Source of the DNA: an uncultured Mollicutes bacterium
GTDB lineage: Bacteria; Bacillota_I; Bacilli_A; RFN20; CAG-826
Direction: 5' to 3'
Length of the DNA: 64,000 nucleotides
Assembly (NCBI GenBank): GCA_900540365.1
Contig: UQFN01000003.1
Coordinates: forward strand, 21,139-85,138
Part shown: one piece after another, positions 1-9,107 of the stretch
Layout: each line of letters opens with the position of its first letter
Position numbering within the stretch: the stretch's first letter is position 1
The notes under the pieces: model-generated
What the model saw: the letters and a program-made list of their open reading frames with translations, nothing else
Database searches by the model: none
Told to the model about the DNA's origin: nothing
Program-made: the position numbers and the translations under genes

Positions 1-1
1 T

Positions 2-1171
2 GGCCCATCATATACTGACGAATATTCTGGCACATTAACTTATTCAGGACCAGAATCACAAGAAAAATGGGTTAGACAAGTTGCTGCTGACTACAATGCT
101 GAAAGAAAAGCACAAGGAATTCCAGAAATCAAATTTGAATTTGTCCAACATGGTGAAGACAAAGTTGATAGTGAAGTTACTGACTGGAGTACAGGACCAG
201 ATGTTTATGCATTTGCTTCTGATAAAGTTATGCCTTTATTCCAAGCTGGTGCTTTAGCAACTATTAGTGGAATTTATAAAGATAGTATTAATAATACTAT
301 GACTGATGCTGCAATTGAAGCTTCTCAATTTGCTGGAAGAACAGTTTCTTATCCTTATGCAGGAGATAATGGCTATTTCTTATTCTACAATAAGAGTTTA
401 GTTACTGCTGAAGATTGTGCTACAATCGAAGGCTTAATGAACAAAGCTGCTAGTTTAGAAATGGGTGTTGCTTATCCATTAAATACTGCTTTCTATAGCG
501 CTGGTGCTTTATTTACATATGGTGCTGGATATGACATTAATGTTGATGATTCTGGTAAAGTTCAAAGTATTGAAGCTACATTTAATACTGCTGAAGGATT
601 AAAAGCTGGTAAAGCTATTTATCAAATTATGAAACATAGTGCTTACGTTGAAACTCAAGCTGCTCCAATAGCTGCTAACAAATTAGTTGCTTGTATTGAT
701 GGTTCTTGGAACGTTAGTGCTTATCAAACTGCTATGGGTGCTGATTTTGCTTGTATGAAATTACCTACAGTTACAGTTGATGGAGAAACAAAAAATTTAT
801 CATCATACTTAGGTTATAAAATGTTAGGTGTCAACCCATTAGTTAGTGCTGGTGATACACAAAGATTACTTGCAGCTCACAACTTTGCTAGATATTTATC
901 TTCAAAAGAAGTTCAAGAAAAAAGATTTGACACATTTGGTATTGCTCCAACTAATAAAGAAGTTTCTGCTTTAGAAAAAGTTACTTCAAGTGCAGCAATT
1001 AAAGCTATTGGTGATCAAGCTAAATATGCAGTTCCTCAAACAGCAGTTCCAGGAAATATTTGGTCAGCTCCACAAACCTTCACACAAGGTATTATCGATG
1101 GAACTATTACCTTAGATAATATGGCAGCTGCATTAGAAACTTTAAATGCATCTATCGAAGCAAGTAAATAA
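2..1171 (+). CDS. Sugar (maltodextrin/oligosaccharide-type) ABC transporter substrate-binding protein, 5' end outside window
   Basis: The frame of listed ORF 230..1171 stays open back to nt 2 (GPSYTDEYSGTLTYSGPESQEKW...), so the listed Met is internal. Lies directly upstream of MalF/MalG-like permeases. Confidence 0.7.
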   Translation, partial: GPSYTDEYSGTLTYSGPESQEKWVRQVAADYNAERKAQGIPEIKFEFVQHGEDKVDSEVTDWSTGPDVYAFASDKVMPLFQAGALATISGIYKDSINNTMTDAAIEASQFAGRTVSYPYAGDNGYFLFYNKSLVTAEDCATIEGLMNKAASLEMGVAYPLNTAFYSAGALFTYGAGYDINVDDSGKVQSIEATFNTAEGLKAGKAIYQIMKHSAYVETQAAPIAANKLVACIDGSWNVSAYQTAMGADFACMKLPTVTVDGETKNLSSYLGYKMLGVNPLVSAGDTQRLLAAHNFARYLSSKEVQEKRFDTFGIAPTNKEVSALEKVTSSAAIKAIGDQAKYAVPQTAVPGNIWSAPQTFTQGIIDGTITLDNMAAALETLNASIEASK

Positions 1172-1182
1172 TTAATTTATAT

Positions 1183-1209
1183 AGGCCTACTTTTTGTAGG
1201 CCTTTTTTT
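1183..1209 (+). terminator. Intrinsic terminator after the binding-protein gene
   Basis: AGGCCTAC-TTTTT-GTAGGCCT hairpin followed by a T-run. Confidence 0.75.
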
Positions 1210-1226
1210 AAAATAGGGGAAGAAAA

Positions 1227-2786
1227 ATGACAACAATTGAATATTTATCATTATCAACACCTAAAAGAGCTTTATATAAAGTTGGACACTTTTTTAAAGA
1301 AATTCCTATCGCGATATATAATTTTTTAAAAAAGATTCCATTATTTTGTGTAAAATTATTCAACAAAATTAAAAAACCTTTCGTATTTTTATACGAAACT
1401 TTTGTTTATGGCGATTATAAAACAAGATTAAGTTATTTTATTTTTGGTTTTGGAAATTTAGCGCACAAAGAATATATTAAAGGAATATTATATTTACTTT
1501 TTGAAATTTGTTTCATAATTTATATGATTTTAATGGGTGGACCAATGCTTTCTAGCTTAGGAAATCTTGGTGATTTCGCAAGTGCAGAAACTCCTGATCC
1601 AAATATTGGTATTAATACATATAAATATTTTGATAATTCTTTTGAAATTTTATTATACTCAATTGTTACAATCATTATTATTTTAGTAGCAATCGTTTTA
1701 TGGGTGTCATCTATTTCATCAGCTAAAGAACTTCAAGACGATTCTTTAATCGGTAAAGATGGCAACAATATGGCTATTATTAAGAGTTTAGGTGGAAAAC
1801 AATTCCATAAAACCCTTTTAGCTATCCCAATGTTTGGGGTTGTCTGTTTTACAGTAATTCCAATTATTTTTATGATATTAATCGCATTTACTAACTATGA
1901 TTCATATCACTTAACTCCATATAAACTTTTTGACTGGGTTGGTTTTGCTAATTTTAACTCAGTTTTTGCAAGTGGCGGAGCTAGTAACAATATATTCTTT
2001 AAAACATTCTTACAAGTTCTTTTATGGACATTAATTTGGGCATTCTTTGCAACATTTACTAACTATTTCTTAGGAATGATTGTTGCAATTTTAATTAATA
2101 CAAAAGGAATTAAATTAAAGAAAATTTGGCGTACAATTTTAATTACAACTATTGCCGTTCCTCAATTTGTTTCCTTACTTTTGATGAGTAGAATGTTTAA
2201 CCAAGATTTAGGTATTGTTAACCAATTATTAATTAAGATGGGTTGGATAACAAAAGGAATTGGTTGGTTAAATGATTCTGCTAATAACGCACTTTTACCA
2301 AAAGTAATGATTATTTTAATTAATACTTGGATTGGTATTCCTTACACAATGTTAATTTGTACAGGTTTATTAATGAATATTCCTGATGACTTATATGAAT
2401 CAGCTAAGATTGATGGTGCAAGTCCAGTTAAAATGTATATGAAAATTACTTTACCATATATGTTATTTGTAACGACGCCATATCTAATCTCACAATTTGT
2501 TGGTAATATTAATAACTTTAACGTTATTTACTTATTATCAGGTGGTAACCCACTTTATACTTTCGATCCAAATTCAGTTGATATAAATACATTAAATAAC
2601 TTAACTGGTTTAGGAAGAACTGACCTTTTAATTACATGGATTTATAAGATGGCAATGACTAACACCTTCAAAGATTATGGTGTAGCTAGTGTCTTATCTA
2701 TTTTAATTTTCGTTGTAGTAGCTGTAGTCTCATTAATTACTTATAGTAGAACAAACAGCATTAAGAATGAGGAGGATTTCCAATAA
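1227..2786 (+). CDS. Maltodextrin-type ABC transporter permease (MalF-like, long N-terminal region)
   Basis: Multi-TM protein with a BPD-transporter EAA-type loop (ESAKIDGASPVKMYMKITLP). RBS GGGGAAG lies upstream. Operon context. Confidence 0.85.
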   Translation: MTTIEYLSLSTPKRALYKVGHFFKEIPIAIYNFLKKIPLFCVKLFNKIKKPFVFLYETFVYGDYKTRLSYFIFGFGNLAHKEYIKGILYLLFEICFIIYMILMGGPMLSSLGNLGDFASAETPDPNIGINTYKYFDNSFEILLYSIVTIIIILVAIVLWVSSISSAKELQDDSLIGKDGNNMAIIKSLGGKQFHKTLLAIPMFGVVCFTVIPIIFMILIAFTNYDSYHLTPYKLFDWVGFANFNSVFASGGASNNIFFKTFLQVLLWTLIWAFFATFTNYFLGMIVAILINTKGIKLKKIWRTILITTIAVPQFVSLLLMSRMFNQDLGIVNQLLIKMGWITKGIGWLNDSANNALLPKVMIILINTWIGIPYTMLICTGLLMNIPDDLYESAKIDGASPVKMYMKITLPYMLFVTTPYLISQFVGNINNFNVIYLLSGGNPLYTFDPNSVDINTLNNLTGLGRTDLLITWIYKMAMTNTFKDYGVASVLSILIFVVVAVVSLITYSRTNSIKNEEDFQ

Positions 2787-3649
2787 TGAATAATGCAATA
2801 ACATATTATCGTAGCAAAAAAGCTGCTTCGATAGTAAAAAAGACAGCAATTTATATTATTCTTGTCATTATTAGCTTTATTTGGTTAATTCCATTTGTTT
2901 ATTTAATTGCTCAATCTTTTGCTACAACTTATGTATATGGTGACTTTTTTCCAAAAACTTCAACGTTTAATAACTACATAGTTTTATTTACAAGTGAAAC
3001 TTATCCATTTTGGAAATGGTGGTTAAATACATTTATTATTGCAATTGCAACCGCAATTATAAAAACGATTTTAGTATTAATGACTTCTTATGCTTTATCT
3101 AGATTAAGATTTAAATCAAGAAAAACAATCATGAAATTAATTTTAGTCTTCGGAATGTTCCCAGGATTTTTAGGAATGATTGTTATTTATTTCTTATTAA
3201 AATTAATTGGATTAGAAGCATCTATTTTTGGTCTTGTCGTAGTTTATGTAGCAAGTAGTGCTATGGATTATTACATTGCTAAGGGATTCTTTGATACAAT
3301 TTCAAAATCACTTGATGAAGCTGCTATGCTTGATGGTGCTAGTAAAAATACAATTTTTTGGCGCATTATCATGCCTTTATCAAAACCAATCGTTGTTTAT
3401 ACAATTTTAATGGCATTTAATGGACCTTGGGGTGACTATATGCTTGCAAGCTATATTGCTCAAGGTAATCCAAATATGTTTAACGTTGCAGTTGGTCTTC
3501 AACAAATGCTATCAAAAGCAAATATTAATATATACTTCCCAGTTTTCTGTGCAGGTGGTGTTTTAGTTTCTATACCAATTATGATTTTATTCTTCTGGTT
3601 ACAAAGATACTATGTTGAAGGTATTACCGGCGGAGCAGTTAAAGGTTAA
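2786..3649 (+). CDS. Maltodextrin-type ABC transporter permease (MalG-like)
   Basis: Six predicted TM segments and an EAA loop (DEAAMLDGASKNTIFWRIIMPLSKP). ATG overlaps the upstream stop (TAATG). Confidence 0.85.
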   Translation: MNNAITYYRSKKAASIVKKTAIYIILVIISFIWLIPFVYLIAQSFATTYVYGDFFPKTSTFNNYIVLFTSETYPFWKWWLNTFIIAIATAIIKTILVLMTSYALSRLRFKSRKTIMKLILVFGMFPGFLGMIVIYFLLKLIGLEASIFGLVVVYVASSAMDYYIAKGFFDTISKSLDEAAMLDGASKNTIFWRIIMPLSKPIVVYTILMAFNGPWGDYMLASYIAQGNPNMFNVAVGLQQMLSKANINIYFPVFCAGGVLVSIPIMILFFWLQRYYVEGITGGAVKG

Positions 3650-3653
3650 AAAT

Positions 3654-5270
3654 ATGGAAAATAAAAAGTTATTAATTTTAGGCATTACATTATTTAGTCT
3701 TGTTAGTTGCGGAGGAAATTCGAATCCAACTACTGAGATTAACTATGGAGAAAAGATTAATGAAAATCTTCAAGAAGTTACTCCAGTTGATGATAAGTAT
3801 CGTAACTATTATGAAATTTTTGTTGGTTCTTTTAATGACTCTAATGGTGATAAAATGGGAGACTTAAAAGGAGTAACTTTAAAATTAGATTATATTAAAG
3901 ATTTAGGATATAACGGAATTTGGTTAATGCCAATATTCCAATCTTCAAGTTATCATAAATACAATGCTGATAATTATTATCAAATTGATTCTAATTATGG
4001 AACTAAAGATGATTTAATTGAATTAATTAATGAAGCTCACAAAAGAGATATTAATATTATTTTGGATTTAGCTATTAATCATGCTTCATTTAATAATCCT
4101 TTATATATAGATTCTCGTGAAGCTTATAACAAATATCTTCAATATGGAGAAAATAGTTTAACTGAAGAAGAGAAAAATTATAAAGATTTATTTTCTTTTA
4201 AAACTTACTCGGCTTCAATAAAAGGACGTACTTTTACAAGTGCAGGAAAATATAATTTCTATGTTGAAGAAAATTTTACTGGTGGAGGTATGCCAGAATT
4301 TAATTTTGAGTCAACTTTCACTATCGAAGTTGTTAAAGAAATCATGAAATACTATTTAGAATTAGGAGTAGATGGATTTAGATTAGATGCTGTAAAATAT
4401 TATTTTTTAAACGAAACTAGTAAAAATATTTCTTTATTAAATGAACTTTATAGTTATTGTAAACAAATTAATGAGGATGTTTATTTCGTTGGTGAATGTT
4501 GGGATAGTGAACAAATTATTGGACAATATTATGAATCAAATATTGATAGTTATTTTGCTTTCCAAACTTCAACTAGTGGAAATGGATTTATCTCAAGATC
4601 TATTAACCTAGATGGTTCAATGAATTCACTTTATCTTGAAGGAGCTATGAATTTGTTAAATATGTCAAAAAATAACATTCCAGCACCATTTTTAGATAAT
4701 CATGATGTTTCAAGAATTGCAAAAGCTAATAACATGCCAGTTACTAAATTCTTTTATGGTTTACTTAGCATGCTAAATGGAACAACTTTTACTTATTATG
4801 GTGATGAAATCGGTTTAACCGGTAGTGTTCCTAGCGATTTAAACGTTCGTGGATATATGAATTGGTCGGATGATTCATCAAAAAATTGTAATAGTCCACA
4901 AGGAACTTATCCAAGTTATCCTTATGATCCTGTAGATAAACAACTTGAAGATGATAATAGTATTCTAAATTACTATAAAAAAGCTAATTATTTTAGAAAT
5001 AAATTTAAAGCAATTAGTAGAGGAGAAATTCTTGATACATCTAAAACTTTTGATGAAAATTCATTATTAGTTTTAGATAAAACTTATCAAGATGAAGCAA
5101 TTAGTATTGTAATGAATTTCTCTGCTAGTGAATATTATCAATATGACTTTTCAAATACTTCTTATAATGAAGTTGAGGGTCAATTAGTATCAGATATTAA
5201 TACATATATTGGCAAAATTGATGATAAAGTAATCGTTTTACCTCCATATAGTATTGCAATTATAAAATAG
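3654..5270 (+). CDS. GH13 alpha-amylase family lipoprotein
   Basis: Start moved to MENKKLLILGITLFSLVSCGG (lipobox). GH13 regions present: DLAINHAS, DGFRLDAVKY, FVGECWD, FLDNHD. Confidence 0.8.
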   Translation: MENKKLLILGITLFSLVSCGGNSNPTTEINYGEKINENLQEVTPVDDKYRNYYEIFVGSFNDSNGDKMGDLKGVTLKLDYIKDLGYNGIWLMPIFQSSSYHKYNADNYYQIDSNYGTKDDLIELINEAHKRDINIILDLAINHASFNNPLYIDSREAYNKYLQYGENSLTEEEKNYKDLFSFKTYSASIKGRTFTSAGKYNFYVEENFTGGGMPEFNFESTFTIEVVKEIMKYYLELGVDGFRLDAVKYYFLNETSKNISLLNELYSYCKQINEDVYFVGECWDSEQIIGQYYESNIDSYFAFQTSTSGNGFISRSINLDGSMNSLYLEGAMNLLNMSKNNIPAPFLDNHDVSRIAKANNMPVTKFFYGLLSMLNGTTFTYYGDEIGLTGSVPSDLNVRGYMNWSDDSSKNCNSPQGTYPSYPYDPVDKQLEDDNSILNYYKKANYFRNKFKAISRGEILDTSKTFDENSLLVLDKTYQDEAISIVMNFSASEYYQYDFSNTSYNEVEGQLVSDINTYIGKIDDKVIVLPPYSIAIIK

Positions 5271-5282
5271 AAGGAGAAAAAT

Positions 5283-7814
5283 ATGGCAGATCTTAAATTA
5301 GAACATATTTACAAAGTTTATCCAAACGGAGTTAAGGCTGTTAATGATTTTACAATGAATATTAAAGATTGTGAATTCATTGTATTTGTTGGTCCATCTG
5401 GTTGTGGTAAGTCAACAACATTAAGAATGATTGCCGGTCTTGAAGATATTACTGCCGGTGAATTATATATTGGGGATCAAATCGTCAATGATATGGAACC
5501 AAAAGATCGTGATATCGCGATGGTTTTCCAAAACTATGCTCTTTATCCTCATATGACTGTTTATGAGAATATGGCATTTGGTCTTAAATTAAGACATTTA
5601 CCAAATGATGTTATACATGAAAAAGTTATGTGGGCTGCTGAAGTTTTAGGTTTAAAAGAATACTTAGACCGTAAACCAAAAGCAATGTCTGGAGGACAAC
5701 GTCAAAGAGTTGCTTTAGGAAGAGCAATTTTAAGAAATCCAAAAGTTATGCTTCTTGATGAACCATTAAGTAACCTTGATGCTAAATTAAGAAGTCAAAT
5801 GAGAAGTGAAATTTCTAAACTTCATCAAAAATTAAAAACAACATTTATTTATGTTACTCACGACCAAGTTGAAGCTATGACTTTAGGTACTAGAGTTGTT
5901 GTTATGAAACTTGGTAGAATTCAACAAATTGATACACCAAAGAATTTATATGATTACCCAGAAAATAAATTCGTCGCTGGATTTATTGGTACTCCACAAA
6001 TGAATTTCTTTGAAGCAACTTTAAATAAAAAAGATGATAAAGTTGTCGTTAAATTTGAATATACTGAAAATGAATTAGTTTTACCGTTTAGAGATTTAAT
6101 CAAAGTTAAATCAAGTTATTTAGATGGCAAAACAAAAGTTACTGTTGGCTTAAGATGTGAAGATATTTCAGTTGAACCTGAAGTAATTGCTGCTCATAAA
6201 GATTTAGTTGATGTCCGTGTTTCTCACTTTGAGGAATTAGGTAACGAAACTTTAATTTATGGTGACTTAAATATGCAAGGAGAAGGATTTGATGAAACCG
6301 CAACTCGTGTAATTATCAAAGCTACTTCAAGACATAATTTAAAAACTGGTGATATCGTTAAAGCTTACATGAACATGAAAAAAGCTCATTTATTCGATAT
6401 TGATACTGAAATGACAATTAAACCAAGAATTCCAACTGATAACTTAGTTAATGTTTCAGTTAAAGATAATGTTTTAACTTTATGCAAAGAAAAATTAGTT
6501 TTACCAAAAGCAATTTCTATTAAAGAATTTAGTGGCGATATTTTAATTCCTGCTGAAGCAATTAAAATTACAAAAGAAGGAGTTAATGCTAAAGTTAGTG
6601 ATATCGAAGTTATTGATAAAACACAATTAGTTTACTTGGAAGTTAATGGACAAACTTTATTTACAACAAGCGACTTAAATTTAAAAGTTGGTCAAGAAAT
6701 TGGTGTTGAACTTGATTTCTCTTTAATTAATTTAGGTGACAACAAACGTGTCGATGATTTTGATGAATTTAAAGCTAATTTCTATAATTATGAAACTGCT
6801 TATGCTGAAACTTCAGATCAAGACTTTGCTAATTTAAAAGCAAGTAGAGAAAATGAAGTTGCAGCTAAATTTGACAAGTTAATTGAAGAAGAAAATGTTA
6901 GATTTAATAATGAATTAGCTGAGGCAAACAAAATCAATTATGTTGATGTTAAAGCTAAAAATGATGCAACTTTACAAGCTTTAAAGGCTAGTAGTAATGA
7001 AAAAATTAAAGAACTTAAAGCAAAATATAAAGCAGACTTAAGTGTAATTAAGCGCGAACATAGTGCAAATATCAAAGAAATTAAATTAAAAATTAATGAT
7101 ATTTATGCTAAACGTGTTGCTGATGAAAATGAAGATTATAAAAACGTCTTAGCAACTAATAAAGACCGCGATGTTATTATTTTAAGAAAAGCTGATCATA
7201 CATTATTTAAAGAAAATTTACCAAAAGAAAAGGCAAATGATCTTGAAAATAAATTAAATGCAGAAGGATTTGATTTTGATGCTAAGAAGAGCGCTATAAC
7301 CGGTGCTTATAAACGTGAATTAAATAATATTCGTAATAATTTAAAAGAAGAAACTAAGAAATTCGAACGTGAAAATAATTTACTTAACGTTTTAACTAAA
7401 GAACATGAAGCTAAATTAAAAGAACTTAATGCTAAAAAGGTTAGCAAAGTTAATAAAGCTGGATTACTTTTCTTCTTTAAGCTTCAAGGAAACGAAAAAA
7501 CTTATTTTGTTTCACCTGATGTTATTACAAATAAATTAATTCAAGGTGTTGGAAGTAAAGTTTTCTCTAAAGTTTATATTATTAATGTACCTCATAATGC
7601 ATATAAGCTTGATGAAAAAGGCTTTGAAGTCGTTCCACTTAAAGTACTTGATTATAAATTAAGAAAATTTGTTGAATGTGAAGTTAAAGAAACAAAAAAA
7701 CATATCTTTATTGAAACTAAAGAGAACTTAATCGATAAAGATACTGTAAAAGTTTCCTTAGATTTAGAAAAAACACAAATTATCGAAAGCGGTTTGAATA
7801 TTCGTCTATATTAG
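5283..7814 (+). CDS. MsmX/MalK-type sugar ABC transporter ATPase with ~470-aa C-terminal extension
   Basis: Walker A GPSGCGKST, signature MSGGQRQR, Walker B MLLDEPLSNLD, H-loop YVTHDQ, then a TOBE-like region. After about aa 373 come extra OB-like segments and a long K/E/N-rich predicted coiled coil. Confidence 0.85.
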   Translation: MADLKLEHIYKVYPNGVKAVNDFTMNIKDCEFIVFVGPSGCGKSTTLRMIAGLEDITAGELYIGDQIVNDMEPKDRDIAMVFQNYALYPHMTVYENMAFGLKLRHLPNDVIHEKVMWAAEVLGLKEYLDRKPKAMSGGQRQRVALGRAILRNPKVMLLDEPLSNLDAKLRSQMRSEISKLHQKLKTTFIYVTHDQVEAMTLGTRVVVMKLGRIQQIDTPKNLYDYPENKFVAGFIGTPQMNFFEATLNKKDDKVVVKFEYTENELVLPFRDLIKVKSSYLDGKTKVTVGLRCEDISVEPEVIAAHKDLVDVRVSHFEELGNETLIYGDLNMQGEGFDETATRVIIKATSRHNLKTGDIVKAYMNMKKAHLFDIDTEMTIKPRIPTDNLVNVSVKDNVLTLCKEKLVLPKAISIKEFSGDILIPAEAIKITKEGVNAKVSDIEVIDKTQLVYLEVNGQTLFTTSDLNLKVGQEIGVELDFSLINLGDNKRVDDFDEFKANFYNYETAYAETSDQDFANLKASRENEVAAKFDKLIEEENVRFNNELAEANKINYVDVKAKNDATLQALKASSNEKIKELKAKYKADLSVIKREHSANIKEIKLKINDIYAKRVADENEDYKNVLATNKDRDVIILRKADHTLFKENLPKEKANDLENKLNAEGFDFDAKKSAITGAYKRELNNIRNNLKEETKKFERENNLLNVLTKEHEAKLKELNAKKVSKVNKAGLLFFFKLQGNEKTYFVSPDVITNKLIQGVGSKVFSKVYIINVPHNAYKLDEKGFEVVPLKVLDYKLRKFVECEVKETKKHIFIETKENLIDKDTVKVSLDLEKTQIIESGLNIRLY

Positions 7815-7826
7815 GAGGGGCTCTAA

Positions 7827-8417
7827 ATGAAAAAGAAAATAGTTTTACTTTTAAGTTTAATTAGCTCTTTAGGAATTGTTAGTTGTGGAACCTCACCACG
7901 TTATGATGAAGCAATATTAATTCAATATGCTGCTTCCATAACTCCTGCAACATATACAAAGTTTACTGCAACTGGTGAAGGACATGCTTTAGAAGTTGAA
8001 GAAGTTGATAAAACTCTTCGCAATATTGCAATTTCTGGATCAACTTCAATGTTTTTAAGTTTACCTCTTAAGATTGATGCTGGTGAATTTTATTATGTTG
8101 ATTCCAAAGATGAAATGAATACAAGTTGCCAATTTTATCAAATATTTACAGTTTTAGTAGATACATCTTGCTACAATGCAACAAACAACTATATTGATGC
8201 AAACGGATCATTAGTTTTAGAAGCATTTAGTAGTAATAATCAATTGTCAATTAAAAATGTTTTTGATGAAGTTTCACGTTTAAATGCTAGATGGAATTTA
8301 AGATTTGTATATAACAATGAAGGATATTTAATCGAAGAAAGCATTGCTTCAATTAATGATGGAAAAGATCCTAGTACTCAAACAGTTAAATTAATTTCAA
8401 CTTATGAATACGAATAA
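7827..8417 (+). CDS. Lipoprotein of unknown function (starch locus)
   Basis: Signal plus lipobox MKKKIVLLLSLISSLGIVSCG. RBS GGAGGGG. Confidence 0.7.
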   Translation: MKKKIVLLLSLISSLGIVSCGTSPRYDEAILIQYAASITPATYTKFTATGEGHALEVEEVDKTLRNIAISGSTSMFLSLPLKIDAGEFYYVDSKDEMNTSCQFYQIFTVLVDTSCYNATNNYIDANGSLVLEAFSSNNQLSIKNVFDEVSRLNARWNLRFVYNNEGYLIEESIASINDGKDPSTQTVKLISTYEYE

Positions 8418-9096
8418 AATTGTTTTCTTTCTAGCACTATTCTCGATTAGTTTAGTTTCTTGTAATAACATCGAATTAAGAGAAGAAATAGAAAATTACT
8501 TTGAAAAAGTAAATTTTGATAGTGCTAAAAAAAATACGAAGACAATTAAATTAACATCGTCTTTTGAAGTTAAAGAAAATAACAAAATTACATCTTATCG
8601 TTACACTACTTTAGAAGCAAGTTTAGAAGAAGAAAATTATTATTACAATATTCACGAACAATATTTAGGCATATATGCTGAAGGCGGAACAAATGATGCT
8701 ATCAAGAAAATATATTTTGATAGTGATGATAAAAAGTATCATATGTATGAAAATTATGATAATAAAGTTAACGAAAATATTGTTGAAGTAAGTTATGTTG
8801 AGGAAACTCTTACTCGAATATTTTATTCTTCTGATAATAGTGGCTTAAAAACAGGTGGTTTATTTTATGGAGACGATATAAAGCAATTATATCGTTTCCA
8901 AGATTTTATGAGTGTCAATGAAGATACTAATGAACTTACATTGACTATTGAAGATTTTGTTACAGATGATGTTACAAATTCATACTCATATACTTTAAAT
9001 CAATATGGGATGTTACTTTCATATGATTTAATAAGCTATAATTCATTAAAAACGCTAACTGGAACTATTCTAGTTAGTTATAATGAAATTTTATAA
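8404..9096 (+). CDS. Lipoprotein of unknown function (starch locus)
   Basis: Signal plus lipobox MNTNKIVFFLALFSISLVSCNN. Overlaps the upstream gene by 14 nt. Confidence 0.7.
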   Translation: MNTNKIVFFLALFSISLVSCNNIELREEIENYFEKVNFDSAKKNTKTIKLTSSFEVKENNKITSYRYTTLEASLEEENYYYNIHEQYLGIYAEGGTNDAIKKIYFDSDDKKYHMYENYDNKVNENIVEVSYVEETLTRIFYSSDNSGLKTGGLFYGDDIKQLYRFQDFMSVNEDTNELTLTIEDFVTDDVTNSYSYTLNQYGMLLSYDLISYNSLKTLTGTILVSYNEIL

Positions 9097-9107
9097 AGGA
9101 GAAATAA

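Noticed and set aside
230-1171. Met at 230 as the start of the first gene
   Set aside because: The frame is open from the window edge with SBP-like sequence, and no RBS precedes nt 230. The gene is therefore treated as 5'-truncated by the window.
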